In this document: positions 51,535-60,879 of the stretch, piece by piece
Position numbering within the stretch: the first letter of the stretch is position 1
Layout: each line of letters begins with the position of its first letter
From: Flavobacteriales bacterium
Lineage (GTDB): Bacteria; Bacteroidota; Bacteroidia; Flavobacteriales_F; PHOS-HE28
NCBI GenBank assembly: GCA_016713875.1
Contig: JADJOI010000003.1
Location: 3,576,069 to 3,640,068 of the forward strand
Length of the DNA stretch: 64,000 nucleotides
Direction of reading: 5' to 3'
Translations under genes and position numbers: made by a program
Notes under the pieces: model-generated
Database searches by the model: none
Told to the model about the DNA's origin: nothing
Seen by the model: only the letters and a program-made list of their open reading frames with translations

Positions 51535-53051
51535 TGCGCTCGATCGCATGCATGGCGATGATCGTTCTGGCGGGCACCATGGGGGTGCCCGCCCAGAACG
51601 GCTTTGTCGTGCATTTTGATCAGGTCCAGGACGGTAGTCCGGGGGACGGTGTAAGCATTTTTGAAACTGATAGCGGGTATTTGCTCTTCTCCCACCAGAT
51701 TTCGCACGACGGCTCGGGCAAGACCCACCTCTTTGTGCGCAAGCTGGATGCACAGGGGCAGTTCGTGCATGAACGGGAGTATGCCTTCGGGGATCCCAGG
51801 CATTATGCCTTCGGGCAGGTCTCTCCGGTCTGTCGGATGGATACCGGCGGCTTCGCCAGCATCGTGCTGGAGGGCTCTGACTTCTGGGCGCATTCGTACC
51901 TCTATCGGTTCAATGAGGATGGGGATACGACCGATCGGAAGTTCCTCTTCACGTATGATCCTTCCGATTCCCTCACCCACTTCTTCCACCAGACCAGGCC
52001 AACCGCAGATGGAGGTTTCATCGCCGCTGGCTTCTTCGATCCGCCGGCGATCGCGGATGGTGCGCGTGCCTTTGCGGTGCGGTTGAACACCGATGGCGAT
52101 ACCCTGTGGACGCGGCGCTATGGCCAAGCGGATCAATCCACCCTGGCCTACTCATGTGCAGAGATACCTGGAGGCGGGTTTGTACTAACTGGCGTCAACT
52201 ACAGGCTGGGCGTGAATGATGAGCAGTTCCTGATCCGCACGGATACAATGGGCAACCTGCTTTGGTGGAGACAGTTCGGGGAAGATGCCACGGGGGTCTT
52301 TGCCGTGCGCATGGCACCGGACAGCACGATCATCACGGCGGGTGAATACCGGGAGGATAACTGGCCCAACTACTGGCAGCAGGTAATGTTCACCAAGTGG
52401 GATGCACAAGGCGACATCGTCTGGCAGAAGCGCTCGCACTACCACTACCTCGCCTCGCCGCTCGACATGGAGGTGCTGCCCGATGGTTCGTTCGTGAGCT
52501 GCATCCACGTCTTCCTGGGGCTCACGCACATCGCCAAGTTCAGCGCGGCCGGTGACAGCCTCTGGAGCCGGACCTATTCGGCGTTCGTCGACCTTCACAA
52601 TCCTCGGGACATCAGCCTCACCTCGGATGGTGGTTTCATCAGCACCGGCTGGGTCTATCAGGATAATACGGGCGGGCACCCGGGGCTTCAGACCGCCTAC
52701 GTGATCAAGATCGACAGCCTGGGCTGCGTGGTGCCGGGCTGCCATCTGGTGGGTGTGCAGGAGTATGAGGTCAGCCTACAGGAGCGGCTGCGGCTGTGGC
52801 CCAACCCCGCCACGGAGCAAGTGCGTCTGGAGCTGGAGCTGCCGCCTGGGTACAGGCCCACGGGCGCGGTGCAGGCCGTGCTGCTGGACGCCTCGGGCCG
52901 GGAGGTGCTGCGGGAGACCGTACCGCTGAACGGATCCTCCCTCTCGCACCTTCTCCCCCTCACGCCCTTCGCCCCCGGCCTCTACCACCTGCATCTGGCG
53001 GATGGGAAGCGCTGGTTGGCGGGGGGCAACGTGGTGGTTTCACCGCCGTAG
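51535..53051 (+). CDS. T9SS-sorted secreted protein (beta-propeller-like repeats)
   Basis: Signal peptide. Repeated D/G-rich strands. C-terminal ...LWPNPATEQVRLELELPPG...GLYHLHLADGKRWLAGGNVVV CTD. Confidence 0.55.
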
Positions 53052-53210
53052 CCTTGGCGGAGGGGGGGTGTCACCGCCGTCGCCCAAGCCGCATCCGGGC
53101 CTGCGACATGGTGGTGTTTGAACCAGGGTGGGGCGGGGCCGACGACCTCACGCCCCGGAACGCGAACGACCTCCGGGGTCGCCGGAGGTCGTTCAGCCGG
53201 GAGGTCGGGA

Positions 53211-53480
53211 TCAGGCCTTGGCCGTCTCGGCGGGGATCACGCTGACGAAGCTGCGTTCGCCGCGCTTGGTGCGGAACTCCACCACGCCGTCCACGAGGGC
53301 GTAGAGGGTGTGGTCCACACCGATGCCCACGTTCTTGCCGGGGTGGTGCTTGGTGCCGCGCTGGCGGACCAGGATGTTGCCGGCCGTGGCCTGTTGGCCG
53401 CCGTAGATCTTCACGCCGAGGCGTTTGCTGTGGCTTTCGCGACCGTTGCTGGTGCTGCCTTCACCTTTCTTGTGTGCCAT
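53211..53480 (-). CDS. rpmA: 50S ribosomal protein L27
   Basis: [29 protein letters not shown]... Confidence 0.95.
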   Translation of the reverse strand: MAHKKGEGSTSNGRESHSKRLGVKIYGGQQATAGNILVRQRGTKHHPGKNVGIGVDHTLYALVDGVVEFRTKRGERSFVSVIPAETAKA

Positions 53481-53527
53481 GGCTGTCGGGGTCTTTCAGG
53501 GTCGGCCGTTGGCGGGCCGGGGAATGA

Positions 53528-54052
53528 TCACTTCTTGCTGTCCTTCTTGGGGGCGGCTTTCTTGGCCGGGGCCTTCTTGGCGGGCGCCGCCTTCTTGGCC
53601 GGAGCGGCCTTCTTGGCGGGGGCGGCCTTCTTGGCTGCGGCCTTGGTCGCCTTGGGGGCGGCCTCCTTCTTCGCCGGGGCCTCGGCCTTCACGGCCTTGG
53701 GGGCGGGGGCGGTGCTCTTGCTGGCGTCGAACTTCTCGCCTTTGCCGAGGATGGCCTCGATCCACAGTTCGGTGATGGCCTGGCGGTGGCCGTTCATCTT
53801 CTGGTAGCCCTTGCGGCGCTTCTTCTTGAACACCAGCACGGTGTCGCCCTTGCTGTGCGCGAGCACCTTGGCGGCCACACGGGCGCCCTCCACGGTGGGG
53901 GTGCCCACGCTGACGGTGGAGCCATTGCTCACCAGCAGCACCTGGTCCAGTTCCACGTGCTTGCCGGCCTCGGCTTCGAGGCGGTGCACCTTCAGCTTCT
54001 GGCCGCCCTGCACCTTGTATTGCTGGCCGAGGATGTTGACGATGGCGTACAT
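53528..54052 (-). CDS. rplU: 50S ribosomal protein L21 with Lys/Ala-rich C-terminal extension
   Basis: MYAIVNILGQQYKV... L21 core (~105 aa) followed by ~70 aa of APAKKAAPAKKAAPAKK encoded by 15-bp tandem repeats. Confidence 0.85.
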   Translation of the reverse strand: MYAIVNILGQQYKVQGGQKLKVHRLEAEAGKHVELDQVLLVSNGSTVSVGTPTVEGARVAAKVLAHSKGDTVLVFKKKRRKGYQKMNGHRQAITELWIEAILGKGEKFDASKSTAPAPKAVKAEAPAKKEAAPKATKAAAKKAAPAKKAAPAKKAAPAKKAPAKKAAPKKDSKK

Positions 54053-54149
54053 GTTCTCCGAAATGGGCTGCGAAAGTAGTGTGAAATCCGGATCTGGACG
54101 AAGGGGTAGAGGTCTTGTGGGGATAAGAGACTGGGAGACAGGGGGGTTT

Positions 54150-54215
54150 GTGGCGAGTAGGGAGTGGCGAGTGGCGAGTGGCGAGTAGCGAGTAGGGAGT
54201 GGTGAGGGATGCGGC
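54150..54215 (+). repeat. 21-bp GC-rich tandem repeat (short downstream block)
   Basis: gtggcgagtagggagtggcgagtggcgagtggcgagtagcgagtagggagtgg. Confidence 0.8.
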
Positions 54216-54216
54216 C

Positions 54217-54636
54217 TCAACGGAGAAAGTAGGGGGTGGAGAGGTTGAACCAGAGTCCAAGCAGGGCCATCGCACCTGGGATATTGCGCCAGCCGGTGGT
54301 CTTGGTCTTGATGTAGGTCCGCAGGAGCCGGGCAGTCTGGTCCTGTAGGGCCATCATGCGGTCGATCTGATCCGGCGGGAAGTACTTCCTGCGGCGGGCA
54401 AGATGGAGCATGGAGCAAACTTCATTGCAGGAGCCCTTGGCGATCCAGAGGTAGCGGAGCTGATGGGCCTTCGTAGGCATTTCGTGGCCTTCTGCGATGT
54501 TGTTGCAGATGGACAGGGATGCACGGAATAACTGGTCCCTGAAGCCCCAGTTCTTGTTCTCGGATAGCGCGATGTCCACGGCCTCGTTCAAGTCCATGGC
54601 CCGCTGCCAGGCGATCGACTCTTCAAAGCTCTTCAT
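54217..54636 (-). CDS. four-helix-bundle protein (PF05635 / TIGR02436; Avd-like, formerly '23S rRNA intervening-sequence protein')
   Basis: MKSFEESIAWQRAMDLNEAVDIALSENKNWGFRDQLFRASLSICNNIAEG...AKGSCNEVCSMLHLARR matches the TIGR02436 pattern. Confidence 0.7.
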   Translation of the reverse strand: MKSFEESIAWQRAMDLNEAVDIALSENKNWGFRDQLFRASLSICNNIAEGHEMPTKAHQLRYLWIAKGSCNEVCSMLHLARRRKYFPPDQIDRMMALQDQTARLLRTYIKTKTTGWRNIPGAMALLGLWFNLSTPYFLR

Positions 54637-54639
54637 GGG

Positions 54640-55360
54640 TGGGTGGGGATGGGTCGGGTTACGAGTAGCGAGTACCGAGTGGCGAGTAGCGAGTAGCGAG
54701 TACCGAGTGGCGAGTAGTGAGTACCGAGTGGCGAGTAGTGAGTACCGAGTGGCGAGTAGTGAGTACCGAGTGGCGAGTAGTGAGTACCGAGTGGCGAGTA
54801 GCGAGTAGCGAGTGGCGAGTAGTGAGTACCGAGTGGCGAGTAGTGAGTACCGAGTGGCGAGTAGTGAGTACCGAGTGGCGAGTAGTGAGTACCGAGTGGC
54901 GAGTAGTGAGTACCGAGTGGCGAGTAGCGAGTACCGGTGGCGAGTAGTGAGTGCCGAGTGGCGAGTAGTGAGTACCGAGTGGCGAGAAGCGAGTACCGAG
55001 TGGCGAGTAGTGAGTAGCGAGTGGCGAGTAGTGAGTACCGAGTGGCGAGTAGTGAGTACCGAGTGGCGAGTAGTGAGTACCGAGTGGCGAGTAGTGAGTA
55101 CCGAGTGGCGAGTAGTGAGTACCGAGTGGCGAGTAGCGAGTACCGAGTGGCGAGTAGTGAGTACCGAGTGGCGAGTAGTGAGTACCGGTGGCGAGTAGCG
55201 AGTACCGAGTGGCGAGTAGTGAGTACCGAGTGGCGAGTAGTGAGTACCGAGTGGCGAGTAGTGAGTACCGAGTGGCGAGTAGCGAGTACCGAGTGGCGAG
55301 TAGTGAGTACCGAGTGGCGAGTAGCGAGTACCGAGTGGCGAGTACCGAGTGGGTTGCTGG
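54640..55360 (+). repeat. 21-bp tandem satellite, ~34 copies (unit tggcgagtagtgagtaccgag with gcg/gtg variants)
   Basis: Perfectly phased 21-bp periodicity over ~720 bp. The track ORFs (TRYSLLATRYSLL.., SSEYRVASSEYRV..) are translations of the repeat. Confidence 0.9.
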
Positions 55361-55404
55361 ATGCACCTCAACGCCAAGGTAAAGGGCCTCCTTGAAATGC
55401 GATC

Positions 55405-55445
55405 GCGAGTGACGATGGCGGACTCGCCACGCGTCACTCGCGACT
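55405..55445 (-). terminator. stem-loop downstream of metK (11-bp perfect inverted repeat cgcgagtgacg…cgtcactcgcg)
   Basis: Located ~25 bp after the metK stop on the minus strand. The loop contains ggactcgccac, related to the GTGGCGAGT repeat core. Confidence 0.5.
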
Positions 55446-55466
55446 CGATACTTGGGTCAGGGAAGC

Positions 55467-56726
55467 TTACAGCTTGAACGCCTTTTTCACCGCGGCCACG
55501 GCATTGAGCTCCTCCCAGGGGAACAGCTTCACCTTCACGGTGGCTTTCTGACCGGCGTTGCTGAAGGTCTTGGTCACCTCCTTGCACTCGCGGCCCATGT
55601 GCCCGTAAGCGGCGGTCTCGCTGTAGATGGGGGTGCGGAGCTTGAAGCGCTGCTCGATGAAGTACGGGCGCATGTCGAACTCCTTCAGGCCGCCCACCAC
55701 CTGGGCGATCCGGCCGTCGCTCATCTTCACCTTGCTGGTGCCGTAGGTGTTCACGTAGAAGCCCACGGGCCTGGCCACGCCGATGGCGTAGGCCACCTGC
55801 ACCAGGCATTCGTCGCACACGCCGGCCGCCACCAGGTGCTTGGCCACGTGGCGCGCCGCGTAGGCCGCGCTGCGATCCACCTTGCTGGGGTCCTTGCCGC
55901 TGAAGGCACCGCCGCCGTGCGCGCCCTTGCCGCCGTAGGTGTCCACGATGATCTTGCGGCCGGTGAGGCCGGTGTCGCCGTGCGGGCCGCCGATCACGAA
56001 CTTGCCGGTGGGGTTGATGTGGTAGGCGATGTCCTTGCCGAAGAGGGCCTGCACCCGCTTGGGCAGCTTCTTCATTACGCGGGGGATCAGCACCTCGATC
56101 ACGTCCTTCTTGATGCGCGCCAGCATCTTCGCCTCGCTGTCGAAGTCGTCATGCTGGGTGCTCACCACGATGGCGTCGATGCGCTTGGGCGTGTGGTCGT
56201 CGTTGTACTCGATGGTCACCTGGCTCTTGGCGTCGGGGCGCAGGTAGGGCATCTTGCTGTTCTTCTCACGGCGGATGGCGGCGAGCTCGCGGAGCAGCAG
56301 GTGGCTGAGCTCGAGCGGCAGCGGCATGAACGTATCTGTGTCGCGGCAGGCGTAGCCGAACATCATGCCCTGGTCGCCGGCGCCCTGTTCCTCGGGCTTC
56401 TTGCGCTCCACGCCCTGGTTGATGTCGGGGCTCTGCTCGTGGATGGCGCTCAGCACACCGCAGCTGTGCGCCTCGAACATGTACTCGCTCTTGGTGTAAC
56501 CGATACGCTCGATCACCTCGCGGGCGATCTGCTGCACATCGAGGTAGGCGTTGCTCTTCACCTCGCCGGCCAGCACCACCTGTCCGGTGGTCACCAGGGT
56601 TTCGCAGGCCACCTTGCTCTGCGGGTCGAACGCGAGGAAGTGGTCGATGAGGGCATCGCTGATCTGGTCGGCGACCTTGTCGGGGTGGCCTTCGCTGACG
56701 GATTCGGAGGTGAAGAGGTAGGGCAT
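55467..56726 (-). CDS. metK: methionine adenosyltransferase
   Basis: [25 protein letters not shown]..., [19 protein letters not shown]. Confidence 0.95.
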   Translation of the reverse strand: MPYLFTSESVSEGHPDKVADQISDALIDHFLAFDPQSKVACETLVTTGQVVLAGEVKSNAYLDVQQIAREVIERIGYTKSEYMFEAHSCGVLSAIHEQSPDINQGVERKKPEEQGAGDQGMMFGYACRDTDTFMPLPLELSHLLLRELAAIRREKNSKMPYLRPDAKSQVTIEYNDDHTPKRIDAIVVSTQHDDFDSEAKMLARIKKDVIEVLIPRVMKKLPKRVQALFGKDIAYHINPTGKFVIGGPHGDTGLTGRKIIVDTYGGKGAHGGGAFSGKDPSKVDRSAAYAARHVAKHLVAAGVCDECLVQVAYAIGVARPVGFYVNTYGTSKVKMSDGRIAQVVGGLKEFDMRPYFIEQRFKLRTPIYSETAAYGHMGRECKEVTKTFSNAGQKATVKVKLFPWEELNAVAAVKKAFKL

Positions 56727-56887
56727 GGGGCTTGGACTAAGCGGCGGCAAAGAACGGGGTTTCGCCGGGATGCGCCGACCCTGCGCACGGTCGTGGCTTC
56801 AAAGGGGGCCTGTTGGTAAGCCGTCCGTCCGGGCCCGGGACAAGGCCGTTGCGCCCCATCTACTTTTGCCCCATCGAACCTTTCGCC

Positions 56888-57478
56888 ATGTTCCGCTCCC
56901 TGCTCGCCGCCGGCCTTCTGTGGGCCCTGACCCCCGATCACGCACACGCCCAAGCCTTCCAGGCCGGCGACAACGCCGTGGGGGTGGGCGTCGGGGTGGG
57001 CGGCAACTACTACCGCTATGGCAGCTACTACGGGTTCCGCCCCACGCTCTCTCTGATGTACGACCGCGGAACGGCCATCCCGGTGGGCCCAGGCGTCCTT
57101 GGCATCGGCGGCTATTTCTCCTATACCAACCGGCGCATTTACGAGGACTATCTCTACTGGGTGGAGGACAAGCGCTACGACTTCTGGAGCTTCGGCTTCC
57201 GCGGCACCTACCACTGGAACAGTTGGCACAAGGTGGAGAACTGGGATGTGTACGCGGGCATCGGCCTGGGCTTCACCGTCACCACGTACTCCGACCGGTC
57301 CACGTATTCCTCCACGTATTACGAGAACCTCTACCGCCGGAACTTCAACGCGCGGAGCCCGGTGCGTTCCTCGGTCTTTGTTGGCACGCGCTACTACTTC
57401 ACGAACTTCCTGGGCGTGTTCGCCGAGGTGGGTTACGACACGTCCTTCCTCACGGCGGGGCTGCAGCTGAAGTTCTGA
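56888..57478 (+). CDS. outer-membrane beta-barrel protein (OmpW/porin-like, aromatic-rich)
   Basis: Signal peptide MFRSLLAAGLLWALTPDHAHAQ. Alternating Y/F/G beta-strand pattern. C-terminal LQLKF. Confidence 0.5.
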   Translation: MFRSLLAAGLLWALTPDHAHAQAFQAGDNAVGVGVGVGGNYYRYGSYYGFRPTLSLMYDRGTAIPVGPGVLGIGGYFSYTNRRIYEDYLYWVEDKRYDFWSFGFRGTYHWNSWHKVENWDVYAGIGLGFTVTTYSDRSTYSSTYYENLYRRNFNARSPVRSSVFVGTRYYFTNFLGVFAEVGYDTSFLTAGLQLKF

Positions 57479-57490
57479 GGGGGCGGCGAC

Positions 57491-58399
57491 TCACCCCTTG
57501 GTGAGCTCCTTGAACACCTCTTCCAGGCCCCGCGTGCTCTTCTGCAGGGTGAGCACCTTGCGGCCGTGGTCCACGGCGAACTGGAACACGGCGGGCCGCA
57601 CATCCTGCTCGCGAGCATGGCCGATGGCCCACCGCACCGGGCTCTCCTGGCGCGCATGCACCACGCCGGGGATGGCCAGTAGCTGCCGCATCTCCACGCC
57701 ACCGTCGAACTCCACCTCCAGCACCTCGAGGTCGCGCTGGGCGCTGCGCAGCCGGTCGGCCCGGTCGTCGGCCACGATGCGGCCGCGGTCGATGATGATC
57801 ACCCGTTCGCAGATGGCCTCCACCTCCTGCATGATATGCGTGCTGAGGAGCACGGTCTTCTCGCGTCCCACGGTGCGGATGAGGCCGCGCACCTCTTCCA
57901 GCTGATTGGGGTCGAGGCCGCTCGTGGGCTCGTCGAGGATGAGCACCTGCGGGTCATGGATCAGGGCCTGGGCCAGGCCCACGCGCTGGCGGTAGCCCTT
58001 GCTGAGCGCGCCGATGCGCTTGTGCTGTTCACGCTCCAGGCCCACCAGACCGATCATCTCCCGCACCCGGGCCTCCTTCCCCTTCAGCCCGTGGATGCCG
58101 GCCACGAACTCCAGGTACTCGCGCACATACAGGTCCACGTACAGCGGATTGTGCTCCGGCAGGTAGCCCACGTTGCGCCGCACCTGCATGCTGGCCGAGC
58201 GGATGTCGTGCCCGCACACGCTGGCCTCGCCGCTGGTGGGCGGCAGGTAGCAGGTGAGCACCTTCATCATGGTGCTCTTGCCCGCGCCGTTGGGTCCCAG
58301 GAAGCCCACCACGCCCGCCTTCGCCAGCTCGAAGCTCACGTCGTCCAGCGCCTTCTGCGGGCCGTAGAGCTTGGTGATGCCGCGGACGGAGATGGACAT
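57491..58399 (-). CDS. ABC transporter ATP-binding protein (GldA-like)
   Basis: Walker A GPNGAGKST, signature LSKGYRQRVGLAQAL, Walker B LILDEPTSGLD. Confidence 0.8.
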   Translation of the reverse strand: MSISVRGITKLYGPQKALDDVSFELAKAGVVGFLGPNGAGKSTMMKVLTCYLPPTSGEASVCGHDIRSASMQVRRNVGYLPEHNPLYVDLYVREYLEFVAGIHGLKGKEARVREMIGLVGLEREQHKRIGALSKGYRQRVGLAQALIHDPQVLILDEPTSGLDPNQLEEVRGLIRTVGREKTVLLSTHIMQEVEAICERVIIIDRGRIVADDRADRLRSAQRDLEVLEVEFDGGVEMRQLLAIPGVVHARQESPVRWAIGHAREQDVRPAVFQFAVDHGRKVLTLQKSTRGLEEVFKELTKG

Positions 58400-58580
58400 G
58401 GGGTGTAAAGGTATCCTTGGGTGGTCAGCGAGGGATAATGTGTGAATGTGGAGATGTGGCAGCCACCTCAAGGGTTGACCTGCGTGGAGCATGCGACCTC
58501 ACCCTGGCACGAACCTGAAGCCACATTCCTTTCATGTTCACATTTCCACATTGCAGCGCGTTCCCACCGATCTTCGCACC

Positions 58581-59603
58581 ATGCCCACCGGCCTTGTGAT
58601 GCGCTCCACCGGCAGCCGCTACCTGGTGCGTGGCGACGACGGCACGCTGCACGAGTGCGTGGCCAAGGGCAACCTGCGGATCAAGGGGTGGAAGAGCACG
58701 AACCCGGTGGCGGTGGGCGATCGGGTGGACTTCAGCCCGCAGGAGGATGCGGACCACCCGGGCGCCATCACCGACCTGCACGACCGGCGCAACTACCTGG
58801 TGCGGCGCAGCGTGAACCTGAGCCACCACAAGCATGTGATCGCCGCCAATCTGGACCAGGCGCTGCTGATCGTGACGGTGGCGCGCCCGCGCACCTCCAC
58901 GGGCTTCATCGACCGCTTCCTGGTGACCGCCGAGGCTTACCAGGTGCCGGTGGTGCTGGTGGTGAACAAGGTGGACGACCTGGCCGACGACGAGATGGAG
59001 GACCTGGCGGAGCTGGTGGACACCTACCAGCAGGCGGGCTATCGGGTGCTGATGACCTCGGCGCGGACCGGGGCCGGGGTGGACGATGTGCGGGAGCTGC
59101 TCGCCGGCCGGGTGACCTTGGTGGCCGGGCACAGCGGGGTGGGGAAGAGCACCCTCATCAACAGCATCGATCCGGCGCTCGACCTGCACACCGCCGTCAT
59201 CAGCGAGGCCAGTGAGAAGGGCCAGCACACCACCACCTACGCCGAGATGTTCGAGCTGGGAGTGGCGAGTGATGAATTGCGAGTGGCGAGTGATCAGCCG
59301 GCTGACACTCGCCGCTCGTCACTCGCCACTCAGGCCGTGATCCCACCGACCTTCATCATCGACACCCCCGGCATCAAGGGCTTCGGGCTGGTGGACCTGG
59401 AGGCCGAGGACATCGGCGATCAGTTCCCCGAGATCTTCCGGTTGAAGGGCGGTTGCCGCTTCAACAACTGCCTGCACAAGGACGAACCCGGCTGTGCGGT
59501 GCGCGCCGCGGTGGAGGCTGGAGAGCTGGCCGGAAGCCGCTACAGCAGCTACCGCGACATGCTCGAGGGCATCGATGAGGAGAGTCCTTACCGACTGGAT
59601 TGA
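58581..59603 (+). CDS. rsgA: ribosome small-subunit-dependent GTPase A, carrying a 26-aa in-frame palindromic insertion
   Basis: OB domain; G motifs (VVNKVD, GHSGVGKSTLIN, DTPG); C-terminal zinc-finger CLHKDEPGC. Insertion GVASDELRVASDQPADTRRSSLATQAV lies between HTTT and IIDTPG. Confidence 0.85.
   Translation: MPTGLVMRSTGSRYLVRGDDGTLHECVAKGNLRIKGWKSTNPVAVGDRVDFSPQEDADHPGAITDLHDRRNYLVRRSVNLSHHKHVIAANLDQALLIVTVARPRTSTGFIDRFLVTAEAYQVPVVLVVNKVDDLADDEMEDLAELVDTYQQAGYRVLMTSARTGAGVDDVRELLAGRVTLVAGHSGVGKSTLINSIDPALDLHTAVISEASEKGQHTTTYAEMFELGVASDELRVASDQPADTRRSSLATQAVIPPTFIIDTPGIKGFGLVDLEAEDIGDQFPEIFRLKGGCRFNNCLHKDEPGCAVRAAVEAGELAGSRYSSYRDMLEGIDEESPYRLD
59259..59332 (+). repeat. 74-bp imperfect palindromic (MITE/REP-like) element inside rsgA
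   Basis: gagtggcgagtgatgaattgcgagtggcgagtgatcagc | gctgacactcgccgctcgtcactcgccactc. The arms are reverse complements. Core GTGGCGAGT is shared with the 21-bp satellite. Confidence 0.8.
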
Positions 59604-59614
59604 ACCCGTGAACG

Positions 59615-60424
59615 ATGCGCATCCCCGTCATTCCCCTGCTCGTCCCCGTCATGGGGCTCTGGTCCTGCACCGCTCAGCGCCCGGTGGCCGAGGATGCCGA
59701 GGCCGCTGCGGCAAGAGAGCTCGTGGCCCAGAACGTGAACGCCGCCCTCTACCAGAACGCTTCGGCCGAGGTGGCCTGGTTGTACGAGCAGGGATATGCC
59801 TACGCCCGGCTGAAGCTCGACGCCAACCTCGCCATGCCCGATAGCCTGCCACCGGCCGTGATCGTGGACGTGGACGAGACCGTGCTCGACAACAGCCCGT
59901 ACGAACTCGAGAACATCCGTGCGGGGCGCGGCTACAGCCCGGAGACCTGGAAGGCCTGGACCGCGCGGGCCGAGGCCAAACCCCTGCCCGGTGCACTGGA
60001 CTTCCTGAACCACACGGTCTCCCACGGTTGCAGCGTGTACTACATCACCAACCGCGATGCCGATGAGAAGGAGGTGACCATCGCCAACCTCGCCGGGCTA
60101 GGATTCCCCATGGCGGACAAGGAACATGTGCTCACCATGCAGGGCACCAGCGACAAGACGGCCAGGCGTGATTCGGTGCGGCGCACCCATCGTGTGGTGC
60201 TGCTGGTGGGCGATCAGCTCACCGATTTCGAACAGGTGTTGAAGGACCGGAGTGCTGGTCAGGGACTGCCGGGCATGTACATGATGTCCGGCCAACTGTC
60301 GCAGTATTTCATCCTCCTGCCCAATGCCACCTATGGGTATTGGCGCGACGGCATCACCGGCAAGGGAAGTGCGGTGGAGAAGCGCGACCGGGTGCGGTCC
60401 TTCATCCAGCAGCGCGAGCACTGA
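59615..60424 (+). CDS. 5'-nucleotidase, lipoprotein e(P4) family (class B acid phosphatase, HAD)
   Basis: Lipobox LWSC. DVDETVLDNSPY HAD motif I, YITNR, LLVGDQLTDF. Confidence 0.8.
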   Translation: MRIPVIPLLVPVMGLWSCTAQRPVAEDAEAAAARELVAQNVNAALYQNASAEVAWLYEQGYAYARLKLDANLAMPDSLPPAVIVDVDETVLDNSPYELENIRAGRGYSPETWKAWTARAEAKPLPGALDFLNHTVSHGCSVYYITNRDADEKEVTIANLAGLGFPMADKEHVLTMQGTSDKTARRDSVRRTHRVVLLVGDQLTDFEQVLKDRSAGQGLPGMYMMSGQLSQYFILLPNATYGYWRDGITGKGSAVEKRDRVRSFIQQREH

Positions 60425-60426
60425 CC

Positions 60427-60879
60427 ATGAGGGCCGTGCTGCAGCGGGTATCCGGAGCGTCGGTGCACATCGGCGGGGCCGAGCACGCGCGCATCGGTCG
60501 TGGTCTGCTGGTGCTGCTGGGCGTGGAGGTGGGCGACACCGCTGCGGAGGCCGAGTGGCTGTGCGGCAAGATCGCCCGCATGCGGATCTTCCCCGATGCG
60601 GACGGGGTGATGAACCTCGACATCACCCAGGTCGGTGGGGAGGTGCTCCTGGTGAGCCAGTTCACCCTCCAGGCGAGCACCGCCAAGGGCAACCGCCCGA
60701 GCTACATCCGCGCGGCCCGGCCTGAAGAGGCGGTACCGCTTTATCTGCGCGTCAAGCAACTGCTCACCGAGGCTGTGGGCCGACCGGTGCGCACCGGTGA
60801 GTTCGGCGCGGACATGCAGGTGGAGCTGGTGAACGACGGCCCGGTCACCATCCTCATCGACAGCCGGCTCAGGGAGTAA
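60427..60879 (+). CDS. dtd: D-aminoacyl-tRNA deacylase
   Basis: MRAVLQRVSGASV...VSQFTLQASTAKGNRPSY...NDGPVTILIDS (SQFTL and NxGPxT motifs). Confidence 0.9.
   Translation: MRAVLQRVSGASVHIGGAEHARIGRGLLVLLGVEVGDTAAEAEWLCGKIARMRIFPDADGVMNLDITQVGGEVLLVSQFTLQASTAKGNRPSYIRAARPEEAVPLYLRVKQLLTEAVGRPVRTGEFGADMQVELVNDGPVTILIDSRLRE

Noticed and set aside
54659-55366. ORFs translating as TRYSLLATRYSLL… / SSEYRVASSEYRV… and any CRISPR interpretation of the array
   Set aside because: They are in-frame read-through of a 21-bp tandem repeat. There are no unique spacers, no cas genes, and the unit is too short and identical for a CRISPR.
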